This document shows positions 27,740-36,865 of a stretch of 64,000 nucleotides of DNA, one piece after another. The notes below the pieces were generated by a model. The model was not told where the DNA came from, ran no database searches, and was given only the letters and a program-made list of their open reading frames with translations. Made by a program: the position numbers and the translations under genes. This stretch comes from Myxococcota bacterium (lineage in GTDB: Bacteria > Myxococcota_A > UBA9160 > UBA4427), in contig OZ252299.1 in NCBI GenBank assembly GCA_965250285.1, forward strand, positions 992,001 to 1,056,000. Reading direction: 5' to 3'. Every line of letters starts with the position of its first letter. Positions within the stretch are counted from its first letter, which is position 1.

Positions 27740-27802
27740 GGCGCCGGACTCTACGCGGTCGGTCGCGGATGTAAAGCGCCGGCCGCCGTGCCTGTCGGCG
27801 TA

Positions 27803-28777
27803 TCAGTGTGCGTAGCGGGCGAGGGTGCTCTTGAGCTCGGCTTCGATCTCGGCGCGCAACGACGGGGGCTCGAGCACCTCGGCCGCGGCGCCGAACGTGA
27901 GGATCCACCTGCGCAGCTCGGTGCCGGTGCCGACCTCGAGCTCGAGCTCGACGCCGCCGTCGTCGAGCGGCTCGATCCGCTGGGTCGGATGCCACTCGCG
28001 CTCGCGAATCTCGTGGGCATGGCTCGCCGCGAAGCGAATGCAGACCCGCTCGGCGGGCTCGGCGACCACGCCGAAGCTCGATGCGGTGTACGCATCGAAG
28101 TCGAAGTCGTCGGGCACCTCGAACGCATCGCTCGTCGGCGTCGCATCGAGGATGCGGTCGACGGCGAACGTGCGGATCTCGTTCGACAGGTCGTCGTGGC
28201 CGATCACGTAGAGACCGCCCCCGTGATACCAGACGTGATACGGCGCCAGCGAGCGCGACTTCGTCTCGCCGGTGCGCCCAGTGCGGTAGGCGATCGTCAC
28301 GCGATGCCGCTGCAGAACGGCCTGGTTGAGCGTCGAGATCGCGTCGCGCTGGTCGGCGTAGCGCTTGTGGGGCCCGGGCAGCACGCGGAAGGCACCCGCC
28401 AGCTCGCCGAGAAAATCGGTCAGCTCGGGCCCCAGGCCCGCTCGAATCTTGCCGAGGGCCGAGCGGATCGAGTCGTGGAAGACCGTGCCCTCGAGCGTGC
28501 GCAGCAGATCCTCGCCGAAGGCGAGCGCGAGGATCTCGTCGGGCGTGAAGGGCACGTCGCCGAGCTTGAAGCCGTCGAGGAACCGGTAGTAGGCCTTGCC
28601 GTCGCGCTTCTCGCTCGTGACCGGGAACCCCGCGTACATCAGTGCGTCGAGATCGCGGTAGATGGTGCGTCGAACGCAGCCCAGGTCGTCGGCGAGCTCA
28701 TCGAGCCCGACGCCCGCCCGGCTCTTCGCGAGTCGCTGAATGAGCTGCCACTGGCGCGCGAGCTGATCACCCCTCAT
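27803..28777 (-). CDS. HTH-WYL-WCX transcriptional regulator (YafY/PafBC-like)
   Basis: wHTH ELADDLGCVRRTIYRDLDAL..AGFP; WYL region LAPYHVWYHGGGLYVIG..RTFAVDRI; WCX WHPTQ..WILTFG..AEVLEPPSLR. Confidence 0.92.
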   Translation of the reverse strand: MRGDQLARQWQLIQRLAKSRAGVGLDELADDLGCVRRTIYRDLDALMYAGFPVTSEKRDGKAYYRFLDGFKLGDVPFTPDEILALAFGEDLLRTLEGTVFHDSIRSALGKIRAGLGPELTDFLGELAGAFRVLPGPHKRYADQRDAISTLNQAVLQRHRVTIAYRTGRTGETKSRSLAPYHVWYHGGGLYVIGHDDLSNEIRTFAVDRILDATPTSDAFEVPDDFDFDAYTASSFGVVAEPAERVCIRFAASHAHEIREREWHPTQRIEPLDDGGVELELEVGTGTELRRWILTFGAAAEVLEPPSLRAEIEAELKSTLARYAH

Positions 28778-28865
28778 ACGAGCAGGGTACCGATCCGCGG
28801 GAAGGCTCGCGACGGCTGGGTGCGCGCGGCGCCGGTCGGCCGGGGCGAAACGTCGAGTGCGACGC

Positions 28866-30131
28866 TCAGGGCGCGTCCGGCTCGGTGAAGAAGGCGGCGA
28901 GCTGGTCGCGCTTGTCTTCGGCGTCGCGGTAGCCGAGCTCGACCAGCGGTGTGGTGTAGGCCGTGTCGAACAGCAGGTACGACAGCAGGTCGGCTTCCTT
29001 GATCTCGTCGCCCGCATCGCTCGCCCGCATGAACATGCGCAGGAACGCGTTGAGCTCGAGCTCGTCGGATCGTTCGTGCATGAGCTTGCCGGCCAGGTAG
29101 CCGAGGTCGACCGAGGGCCGGATCACGAGGTCGCTAATGCGCTGAAGCGAGCGGCCGCTTCGCTCGAGGCCGACGGTGTTCATGCGCTCGAGGAAGTCGT
29201 CGCCGTACGCCTCTTCTCCATCTGAAATGATGTTGTTGATGAAGTGCATGCGCGCGAGGTCGGCGTCGACCGGCGAGAGCATCAGAGCGTTCAGCACCTT
29301 GCCGAACAGGAACATCGGGTTGCCGAAACCGGCGGTGCGCTGCTGCGCGATCGTCTCGCTCACGTTGCGCTGAATGCCGTGCGAGAGGCTGATCACCAGC
29401 ACCCGATTCGCGCCGAGGCGCACCGCGGGGGCGAGCGGCGTGTTCAGCCGCAGTCCGCCATCGGCGTAGTAGCGAGCGCCGACGCGAACGGCCGGGAAGA
29501 GCATCGGGATCGCAGCAGAGGCCAGCGCGTGGACGGGCGAGAGCCGGATCGTCTGCATGCGGATGTTGTCTTGACTCGCCCAGGGCGGCAGGGTGCGGCC
29601 CTTTTGCTGGCAAAAGACGACGGCGCGCCCAGTCGCGAGCTGAGTGGCGGCGATGCACACGCTCTCGACGCGCCCGTGGTCGAGGTTGTGCGAGATCTTC
29701 GACCACGGGATCGAGCGCAGGACGAGGTCTTCGAGCGGGCCCGTGTCGAGCAGCCCGAAGAGGCGGTCGGGGCGCTGCCCCTCGCGCAGCATGTTTGCGA
29801 CGCGCCGGACGCCGAGCAGCTTGCGCGGAATGCCGAGCAGGTCGCCCGCGCCGAATCGGAAGACCTCGTCGACCTGGAGCTCTTCCCAGATCTTCACGAG
29901 GCGTTCGCCGCGCCCCTCCGACTCGTCGGCCGTCGCCGCGATGAACGCCGCGTGGATCGCGCCCACCGAGGTGCCGCACACGATTTCGAAGTGCGGCTGC
30001 ACGCCCATGTGGTCGGGCAACTCGTCGAGGATGTACTTGAGCGCACCCGCCTCGTAGGCGCCGCGCGCGCCCCCGCCCGAGAGCACGATGGCTCTCTTCG
30101 GAGGCAGGTGACCGGGGACGGATCGGGTCAA
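28866..30131 (-). CDS. Patatin-like phospholipase/esterase
   Basis: LSGGGARGAY, nucleophile GTSVG, ASAAIP..FP, DGG. Confidence 0.92.
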   Translation of the reverse strand: MTRSVPGHLPPKRAIVLSGGGARGAYEAGALKYILDELPDHMGVQPHFEIVCGTSVGAIHAAFIAATADESEGRGERLVKIWEELQVDEVFRFGAGDLLGIPRKLLGVRRVANMLREGQRPDRLFGLLDTGPLEDLVLRSIPWSKISHNLDHGRVESVCIAATQLATGRAVVFCQQKGRTLPPWASQDNIRMQTIRLSPVHALASAAIPMLFPAVRVGARYYADGGLRLNTPLAPAVRLGANRVLVISLSHGIQRNVSETIAQQRTAGFGNPMFLFGKVLNALMLSPVDADLARMHFINNIISDGEEAYGDDFLERMNTVGLERSGRSLQRISDLVIRPSVDLGYLAGKLMHERSDELELNAFLRMFMRASDAGDEIKEADLLSYLLFDTAYTTPLVELGYRDAEDKRDQLAAFFTEPDAP

Positions 30132-30153
30132 GGTTGGGTCGGATTCGTCGAGG

Positions 30154-30720
30154 CTACTTGCTCACCCGCTCCGAGTACTCTCCGGTGCGCGTGTCGATTC
30201 GGAGCACGTCGCCCTCCTCGATGAAGAGCGGCACGTTCAGCGTGAAGCCCGTCTCGACCGTGGCCGGCTTCAGCGCCCCCGAGCTCGTGTCTCCCTTCAC
30301 GCCAGGGTCCGACTTGGTGACCGTCGCTTCGATGTAGTTCGGCAGCTCGATGTTCACGGGCTTGCCCTTCCAGAAGAGCACCTCGACGTTCATGTTCTCC
30401 ATCAGGAAGTTCGTAGCATCGCCGAGCACGTCGCCGCCGATCGGAATCTGATCGTAGGTGTCCGCGTCCATGAAGATCAGGTCACTCCCGTCATGGTAGA
30501 GGTACTGCATCTTGCGCTCTTCGACGTCGGCCTCGGGCGCCTTCTCGCCGCTGCGGAAGGTGCGCTCGAGCACGCGACCGTTCAGCAGGTTCTTGACCTT
30601 GGTGCGCACGAACGCGCCGCCCTTGCCGGGCTTCACGTGCTGGAAGTACACGATCGTGAAGGGCTGGCCGTCGAGCTCGATCTTCAGGCCGTTCTTGAAC
30701 TGGGACGTATCTACCGCCAT
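30154..30720 (-). CDS. efp: Elongation factor P (Lys-type loop PGKG)
   Basis: HVKPGKGGAFVRTK, PGVKGDT, KPATVETG, VPLFI..G..IDTRTGEY..R. Confidence 0.98.
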   Translation of the reverse strand: MAVDTSQFKNGLKIELDGQPFTIVYFQHVKPGKGGAFVRTKVKNLLNGRVLERTFRSGEKAPEADVEERKMQYLYHDGSDLIFMDADTYDQIPIGGDVLGDATNFLMENMNVEVLFWKGKPVNIELPNYIEATVTKSDPGVKGDTSSGALKPATVETGFTLNVPLFIEEGDVLRIDTRTGEYSERVSK

Positions 30721-30844
30721 GGGATTCCCTTGAGATTCTGCGGGGTTGTGAGGCGGCGGGAGGATAGCGGGTCGCGTTCGGGCGCGCCCGGCTCGGGCCC
30801 GCGCGAACGCGGCGACGGGCCCCCGATCGGGCGGGCCGTTTCGC

Positions 30845-31846
30845 TCAGATCGGACGCGCTTCGAGCGCCGGGCCCGTGGCGTCCGGTCCAGCGAGCTCGA
30901 TCCGCCAGGCCGGCTCGAAGCCGAGCTCGGTGCGGGCGCGCGTCGTGTCGAGGCTCACGCCGTAGCGCTGGTGGGGCGACTCGACGAGATCCGCCAGCGC
31001 ACGGGCACCCAATCGACCGAGGCCCTGGCCGAGCAGCGAGAGCAGCGGCGCGGGGACCGGCAACGTCTGCGTGCCGCGCGCGCGGTCGAGCATCGACAAC
31101 GGCACACACTGATCACTGGCGACGTTGAAGACCCCCCGCGCCCCGAGATGCAGGGCGTGCATTGCCGCCTGGACGACGTCGTGGTCGACGACGAGTGGGC
31201 ACATCGGGTCGAAGCCGGCGGTACGCATCGACAGCGGTCCCGCATCGAAGGGGGCCAACAGCACTTCGCCCTCGCTCGTGAGCACCGTGGCGAGGCGGAG
31301 CAGCGCCACGCAGAGCGTCGGGTGATGCACTTCGGCGTGGATCATCATGTCGCAGTCGACCCAGCAGCGAAGATGCGCGGGCCAGTCGGGGCTGAGCGCC
31401 AGCGGTGCGTGCTCGTCGAGTCGATGGGCATTGCCGGCGGGCAGCGCATAGGCCGCCATGCTGCCCAGAGCGACGAGCTGTCGTACGGCGGCGTGCTCGA
31501 GGCTCTGCTCGAGCACGAGCCGGGTCTCGACCGTGCGGGGAGGGACGTCTGCCAGCCAGGGGCGGCCGCGGTCATCGCGATTCGAGAGGCGGGGCAGCAG
31601 CAGCACCGCGTCGGGCTCGGTCTTCGCGAAGAGCTCGGCGACGTCGCGTGGCTTCGAGAGGTCGGCCTCGTGGTGGCAGAACCGATCGGGCGCGTGGGCG
31701 AAGCGGTGCTCGAAGGGGGGCTCCGCACCAGGCGGGCCCACCGTATCGAGGCGTTCGACCGACGGGTCCTCCATGAGCCGAAGCGCGAGACTGCGTCCGA
31801 GCGGCTCGTCCGCATGGGTGACGAGGACCCGACGCCGCGCGCTCAC
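30845..31846 (-). CDS. Atypical NAD-dependent epimerase/SDR-fold protein with degenerate Rossmann motif
   Basis: VLVTHADEPLG in place of TGxxGxxG; GFDPMCPLV..HDVVQA, GVFNVA, LDTTRARTELGFEP; paralogous to 39737-40666. Confidence 0.75.
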   Translation of the reverse strand: MSARRRVLVTHADEPLGRSLALRLMEDPSVERLDTVGPPGAEPPFEHRFAHAPDRFCHHEADLSKPRDVAELFAKTEPDAVLLLPRLSNRDDRGRPWLADVPPRTVETRLVLEQSLEHAAVRQLVALGSMAAYALPAGNAHRLDEHAPLALSPDWPAHLRCWVDCDMMIHAEVHHPTLCVALLRLATVLTSEGEVLLAPFDAGPLSMRTAGFDPMCPLVVDHDVVQAAMHALHLGARGVFNVASDQCVPLSMLDRARGTQTLPVPAPLLSLLGQGLGRLGARALADLVESPHQRYGVSLDTTRARTELGFEPAWRIELAGPDATGPALEARPI

Positions 31847-33003
31847 GGTGCGGCGGCCCGAGGTGGGGTGCGGGTGTGTGTGTCCGGTGGCGTGCCGGTC
31901 GTCGCGTGGGCGTTGATCAGCCCCTGCACCCGACGCCGAACGCGATCGGCGAGTCGCTTCACGTCGCCCGCATCATCGCACGTGCCTTCGGGCTCGACGG
32001 GCTCGCCGTACACGATGCGGTAGCGCACGGGGTAGGGCAGCAGACCGAGCGGCCCGAGCCACGGGAACGTCGGGGTGATCGGAAAGCCCGGCAGCCCGAG
32101 CAGACGCCCGAGCGGCTTGAGGTTGGCGAGGATCGGCGACTGATCGTCGCTGCCGATCACGGCCATCGGCACGATCGGGGCGCCCGCCCGCAGCGCTTCC
32201 CGGGCGAAGCCCGAGTGGAACGTCTGCAGCCGGTAGCGCTGCGTGATCGGCTTCATCACACCTGCGCTGCCTTCGGGAAAGACGAGCACCGGCTGGCTGT
32301 CGGCGAGCAGGTCCCGCACGGCGGAGCGGGTGCCGATCACCTGGCCCATGCGAGCCATGAAGACGTTGATCCAGGGCATCGAGCCCACGAATCGGTCGAC
32401 GACCGCACGCGCGAGCCGAGGCGGATCGAGGCGCATCAGCAGATCGGTGACGATCATCGCGCCGTCGAAGGGCAGCAGCCCGGCGTGATTGCTGACGAGC
32501 ACGACGGCGCCGTCGCGCGGCACGTGCGCGTGTCCGGTGCTCTCGACCCGGAACCAGTTCTGGTAGAGCGCCTCACAGATCGGGGCCGCGCGCCGCACGG
32601 CATCGAGCGAGAGCCCGTGTTGATCGAAGCCCGTCGCAGGGTCGGCGAGCGCCGCGATGGCGCGCAGCCGCCTTCGCACGTCGTCGCTCGTCCAGCGATC
32701 GAATGCGTCCTCGGGTTCGGGGATCGGAATCTCGGCCAGGGGCGCAATGGGCCGCACGCGGCGCGGACGCGCGGCGCGGTTGCGGAGTGTCTGGCCGCGG
32801 CCGGACTCGGCGGCTTCGGGGATCTCGGCGCTCGCGTCGCCGGGCCAGCCGAGCTCGGTCTCGGCGCGGCGACGCGCCTCGATGGCCGAGAGGGCGGTGA
32901 GGAAGGGGTCTTCGGTGGTCGACCCGTCGGTCTCGAACGGATTCGAGCCGAGCGCGGGGCCGCTGCGGTCTTCGGGGGCGTGGGGGTCTGTTTCGGCGCT
33001 CAT
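31843..33003 (-). CDS. Lysophospholipid/glycerolipid acyltransferase (PlsC/DAGAT-like) with disordered N-terminal extension
   Basis: SNHAGLLPFDG (HxxxxxD), VFPEG, RYRLQ.F..GF, PIVPMAVIG, ITPTFPWLGPLGLLPYPVRY.I.YGEP. Confidence 0.9.
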   Translation of the reverse strand: MSAETDPHAPEDRSGPALGSNPFETDGSTTEDPFLTALSAIEARRRAETELGWPGDASAEIPEAAESGRGQTLRNRAARPRRVRPIAPLAEIPIPEPEDAFDRWTSDDVRRRLRAIAALADPATGFDQHGLSLDAVRRAAPICEALYQNWFRVESTGHAHVPRDGAVVLVSNHAGLLPFDGAMIVTDLLMRLDPPRLARAVVDRFVGSMPWINVFMARMGQVIGTRSAVRDLLADSQPVLVFPEGSAGVMKPITQRYRLQTFHSGFAREALRAGAPIVPMAVIGSDDQSPILANLKPLGRLLGLPGFPITPTFPWLGPLGLLPYPVRYRIVYGEPVEPEGTCDDAGDVKRLADRVRRRVQGLINAHATTGTPPDTHTRTPPRAAAP

Positions 33004-33040
33004 CGATCGCTGCTCCTCCCGATCGGGTGGCCGATCGGGT

Positions 33041-33943
33041 TCAGCGCCGCTCTTCGCGATTCGGCCCGACTCGGCCCATCGCGAAGCGTGGCGCGGTTTC
33101 GGTGACTGGCGCACGCGCCAGTAACTCGTCGGCGATCTGCTCCATCACGCGTGCTCCCTTGTCGCGCGGTGCGTACTCGAAGATCGATCGTCCGCGCGAC
33201 TGTGCTTCATCGATCTTCACGTGGTATCCCACCACGCTCTTGGACAGCTCACCCGGGAATCGGTTCCGCAGCGCATCGAGAACTTCACCGGCGAGGCGCG
33301 TGCGCCTGTAGAAGGTCGGGACGACCGAGGTGATGCGCAGGCGTTCATGGCGATACCGGCTGCGCACGAGGTCGATCGTGTCGAGCAGCGCGGCGCACCC
33401 ATCGAGTGCGAGGTATGTGAGCGGGACGGGTACGACGAGCTCGTCACATGCGCAGAGCACATTGAGCGTCAGCGCGCCGAAGCTCGGCGGTGCGTCCATC
33501 AGTACGAGGTCGTAGTCGACGAGGCGCGGGGCCGCATCGAGCGCGCGCCGCAGTCGGTGCACGGTCTCTTCGTCGGTGCCGCCCGCCTGTGCGGGGTCGG
33601 TCTCGCTCCAGGCAGGGAAGAGGGCGAGCGCCTTGTTCGAGACGACGACGTCGAGGTTCGGCACGCGGGTGTGGACGATCGGAAGCTTCGTCTCGACGCG
33701 CGGCGCTCGGGGGCGTGCATCGGGGCCGTGCAGGACCGAGTCGACGAGCAGCTCGATCGCGCTGTGGCGAGCGCGCCTCGGATCGACACCGAGCACCTTG
33801 CCGAGCTGGCCCTGGGGATCCATGTCGACCGCGAGCACGCGCAGGTCGTGATGATGAGCGAGGTGAAAGGCGGCGTTCGCAGCAAGCGTCGTCTTGCCGC
33901 TGCCGCCTTTCTCATTGATGAACGCGATGCGGCGAGGCCCCAT
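33041..33943 (-). CDS. Orphan ParA/Soj-family ATPase
   Basis: Deviant Walker A INEKGGSGKTT, VDMDPQG, DAPPSFG.LT.N.L, EAQSRGRSIFEY; no parB adjacent. Confidence 0.9.
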   Translation of the reverse strand: MGPRRIAFINEKGGSGKTTLAANAAFHLAHHHDLRVLAVDMDPQGQLGKVLGVDPRRARHSAIELLVDSVLHGPDARPRAPRVETKLPIVHTRVPNLDVVVSNKALALFPAWSETDPAQAGGTDEETVHRLRRALDAAPRLVDYDLVLMDAPPSFGALTLNVLCACDELVVPVPLTYLALDGCAALLDTIDLVRSRYRHERLRITSVVPTFYRRTRLAGEVLDALRNRFPGELSKSVVGYHVKIDEAQSRGRSIFEYAPRDKGARVMEQIADELLARAPVTETAPRFAMGRVGPNREERR

Positions 33944-34116
33944 CGCCCACCCCCCAAGGTGAGCAAGCCGCTGCACGGGTCGGCCGACTCAGAGGCCGGC
34001 TCGCGCGACGGTGTCGTCGACACTGTCGCGTGAGTGAGGGGATCCGTCAACGCACGTTCGGTCTTCGTCGCACCCGTGCCCTCGAAATTCCGCGAAGCAT
34101 GCGATGCAAGTCACCG

Positions 34117-34156
34117 AAAAGGAAGAGGCCCGCAGCGATCGCTCGCTGCGGGCCTC
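34117..34156 (-). terminator. Rho-independent terminator after etfA
   Basis: Perfect 14-bp stem gaggcccgcagcga-tcgc-tcgctgcgggcctc followed on the minus strand by ttcctttt. Confidence 0.8.
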
Positions 34157-34181
34157 GATGTGCACGTGATCGCGTGTGCGA

Positions 34182-35135
34182 TCAGCCCTTGGCGGCAGCC
34201 ACCGCCTCGGTCAGTGCCGGCACGATGTCGAACAGATCCGCGACGACCCCGACCTGAGCGATCTCGAAGATCGGCGCATCGGCGTCCTTGTTGATCGCGA
34301 TGATGAAGTTCGAACCCTTCATGCCCACGAGGTGCTGGATCGCGCCCGAGATGCCGGCGGCGATGTACAGCTTCGGCGCGACGATCTGGCCCGACGAGCC
34401 CACCTGGTAGGCGTGCTCGAGCCAGCCGGCGTCGACGACGGGGCGCGACGCGCCCATCGCACCGCCCAGCGCGTCGGCCAGGGGCTGGATGATCTCGGGG
34501 AACTTCTCGGGATCGCCCACACCACGACCGCCCGACACGATGATGTCGGCCTTCGTGAGGTCGACCCCGGTGGCTTCGGCCTGCCTGACCTCGACGAACT
34601 TCGCCTTGAGGTCGAGCGCGACGTCGAGCGGCTTGGTGCCGCCGTCGCCGCTGCCCTCGTAGGCCGCCACAGCGCCGGGCTGGACCGTCGCGACGACGGT
34701 GCCCGTGGCGGAGAGCTCGGCGTCGAGCTTGCCGTTGAAGATGCGGCGGAAGTACGTGCGTCCGTCGCCTTCCCCCTCGATCTTGAAGCAGTCCGACACG
34801 AACGCGCAGTCGAGACCGGCCGCGACGCGCGGCGCAACGTCCCAGCCGCTCGGCGTGTTGCTGATGAGGATCAGCTCGGCGCCGGTGGCCTCGACGGCCG
34901 CGCGGATCGCCGCGTTGTAGCCGTCGACGTTGTAGTTGGCGAGGTCGCCACTGTCGACGACGAGGGTCTCCCCCGCGCCCTTCGACGAGAACTCGCTGGC
35001 GAGGTCTCCCACGCCGCTGCCGATGACGAGGCCCTTGACTTCGCCGCCCAGACCGTGCGCGACGGTCAGCAGCTCGTAGCTGGCCTCTCGAATGGCGCCG
35101 CCGGCAACTTCGGCGACGACGAGAATCGTACCCAT
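34182..35135 (-). CDS. etfA: Electron transfer flavoprotein alpha subunit
   Basis: [56 protein letters not shown]. Confidence 0.97.
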   Translation of the reverse strand: MGTILVVAEVAGGAIREASYELLTVAHGLGGEVKGLVIGSGVGDLASEFSSKGAGETLVVDSGDLANYNVDGYNAAIRAAVEATGAELILISNTPSGWDVAPRVAAGLDCAFVSDCFKIEGEGDGRTYFRRIFNGKLDAELSATGTVVATVQPGAVAAYEGSGDGGTKPLDVALDLKAKFVEVRQAEATGVDLTKADIIVSGGRGVGDPEKFPEIIQPLADALGGAMGASRPVVDAGWLEHAYQVGSSGQIVAPKLYIAAGISGAIQHLVGMKGSNFIIAINKDADAPIFEIAQVGVVADLFDIVPALTEAVAAAKG

Positions 35136-35165
35136 TGGATGTCTCCCGATGAGAACCCGGGCTCC

Positions 35166-35948
35166 TTAGAGGAGGCCGAGCTCCTTGATCTTGTTCACGA
35201 GCTGGCCCACGACCTCGTCCGTCGACCCTTCGAGGATCTCGGCCGAGTCGCCCTTGGGCGGCACGTAGACCTTGTTGACCGTGACCTTGGCCGCGCCGCC
35301 ACCGACGGCATCACCGACGCCGAGATCGGCGGCGGTCTTGACGTCGACCGGCTTCTTCTTCGCCTGCATGATGCCCTTGAGCGAGGCGTAGCGGACCTGG
35401 TTCGCGCCGGTCTGGATTGCGGCGAGACAGGGCTTCGGCAGCTCGACCACCTCGTAGGCACCACCCTCGAGCTCGCGCTCGACGGTCATGCCCGCGTCGG
35501 TGCTGTCGGTCTTGACGACGCCCGTGGCCGACGGCACACCGAGCAGCTCGGCGAGCATCGGGGGCACCGACGACAGGTTGTCGTCGTCGGCCATCAGGCC
35601 GGTAAAGACGACGTCGGGGTTCTCGTCCTTGGCGACGGCGGCGAGCACCTTGGCCAGGCCGAGGGCGTCGCTGCCGCTGACGGCGTCGTCCTTGATGTGG
35701 ATCGCGCGGTCGGCGCCCATGCCGAGCGCGGTGCGCAGGGCCTGGGTCACGCGGTCGGGACCGATGGAGACCACCACGACCTCGGCGTCCCCCGCATCTT
35801 TCATGCGGAGCGCCTCTTCGAGGGCGTAGGTGTCGTAACTGTTGATCTCGAACTTGATGTTGTCTTCCTGAATCCAGGTTCCGTCGCCGGCGACATCGAG
35901 CCGTGCGTCCTGATGGGGAACCTGCTTCAGGCACACCATGACCTTCAT
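35166..35948 (-). CDS. etfB: Electron transfer flavoprotein beta subunit
   Basis: MKVMVCLKQVP, INSYDTYALEEAL, ALGMGADRAIH, VERELEGG, RYASLKGIMQAKKKP. Confidence 0.96.
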   Translation of the reverse strand: MKVMVCLKQVPHQDARLDVAGDGTWIQEDNIKFEINSYDTYALEEALRMKDAGDAEVVVVSIGPDRVTQALRTALGMGADRAIHIKDDAVSGSDALGLAKVLAAVAKDENPDVVFTGLMADDDNLSSVPPMLAELLGVPSATGVVKTDSTDAGMTVERELEGGAYEVVELPKPCLAAIQTGANQVRYASLKGIMQAKKKPVDVKTAADLGVGDAVGGGAAKVTVNKVYVPPKGDSAEILEGSTDEVVGQLVNKIKELGLL

Positions 35949-36006
35949 GGGGGGCCAACCTCCGAACCAATGAAGGGAGCCGCCAGACGGCCCCCGATGT
36001 GAGTGA

Positions 36007-36024
36007 CTTGAAAGCGATTTCAAG
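36007..36024. promoter_or_regulatory. Palindromic candidate operator upstream of etfB
   Basis: AT-rich 7-4-7 inverted repeat CTTGAAA-gcga-TTTCAAG about 58 bp before the etfB start. Confidence 0.5.
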
Positions 36025-36302
36025 GGGCTGCGGTGCCCCGCCGCCAGACGCGCTGGGGCCCGCAAGTGCGCGCGGACGCTATCGGATAGGCCCCCGGCTT
36101 TCAATGATGGGCTCTCCCGCGGGCGGGCTGTCCAGGGCAACCCATCGCTGCGCCTCCTTCGGGCGGGGGCGCGCGGCTCTGCGGCGCCTGGCGGCCACGG
36201 CAGCTGCCGTCCTTCTCGAGAACGTCGATCCGGGCGCGGCGGTTGGCTCGGGTGGGCAGGGGCGCCTGCCCGGGGTGCTCGGACCGGGGGCGGGCGGTCG
36301 GG

Positions 36303-36432
36303 TCGGATCTTCTGGGGCGTCGTCCTCAGTCTGCGGGCGTGGGTCGTGCGGGGGCGGAGCGCTTGCGCGGCGCCGGGGAGCGGCGATTGGGATCGCGCCC
36401 TTCGATTGCGGGCGCCGCCCCAGAAGATCCGA
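36303..36432 (-). repeat. Structured intergenic element, copy B (inverted)
   Basis: Perfect 17-bp terminal IR tcggatcttctggggcg/cgccccagaagatccga enclosing the reverse-complement cores TCGTCCTCAG (36320-36329) and TTGCGGGCGC (36406-36415). Confidence 0.85.
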
Positions 36433-36512
36433 GCGGCGAGCCCGAGGCCCAGGCCCGTTTGCGAGGCCGTTGCGTGCTGCACCGCGATTCGGTGCAGCGC
36501 CGAGGCTGCGTT

Positions 36513-36643
36513 CGCGGTTTCGTGGGGCGGCGCCCGCAATCGAAGGGCGGCGTGCGCGGGTACGGTGCCCCGGAACGGACGCAACCGTCCGGGTCCGTAC
36601 AACCCGCGCCCGCAGACTGAGGACGACGCCCCACGAAACCGCG
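36513..36643 (+). repeat. Structured intergenic element, copy C
   Basis: Perfect 17-bp terminal IR cgcggtttcgtggggcg/cgccccacgaaaccgcg enclosing GCGCCCGCAA (36530-36539) and CTGAGGACGA (36617-36626). Confidence 0.85.
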
Positions 36644-36865
36644 CCCGAGCAACCCAGGTCGTCGAGGCACCCGGGTCGCCGACGCAATGGGATGGAGGGA
36701 TCGAGCCATCCAATCGGGCGCAGAGCCGGTCATCGGACGCACGTGCTTTTGGAAACGAGAGGGACGCGAGCGCGTGTAGACTCTCGAAGCGGTGTCGCCA
36801 GGGGATCGTCGGGGGGCGGTCGCGCGGGCCGCGGTCATCAGGGGGCATGAGGGAAGGGGAGCGAG

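Noticed and set aside
27803..30131. CBASS-like defence island (WYL/CapW plus patatin/CapV)
   Set aside because: No CD-NTase or other defence genes; the context is housekeeping (efp, ppnP) with no visible compositional shift.
36617..36640. CTGAGGA...GAAA as a hammerhead ribozyme core (CUGANGA/GAAA)
   Set aside because: No stem II with the required closing pair forms between the motifs, and the GAAA is absent from the other two copies.
36303..36643. CRISPR array or integron attC sites
   Set aside because: Units are inverted rather than direct repeats with spacers, there are no cas or intI genes, and I see no RYYYAAC/GTTRRRY boxes at the element ends.
35999..36850. ORFs spanning the etfB upstream region
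   Set aside because: Low-complexity translations generated by the palindromic elements; no protein motifs.
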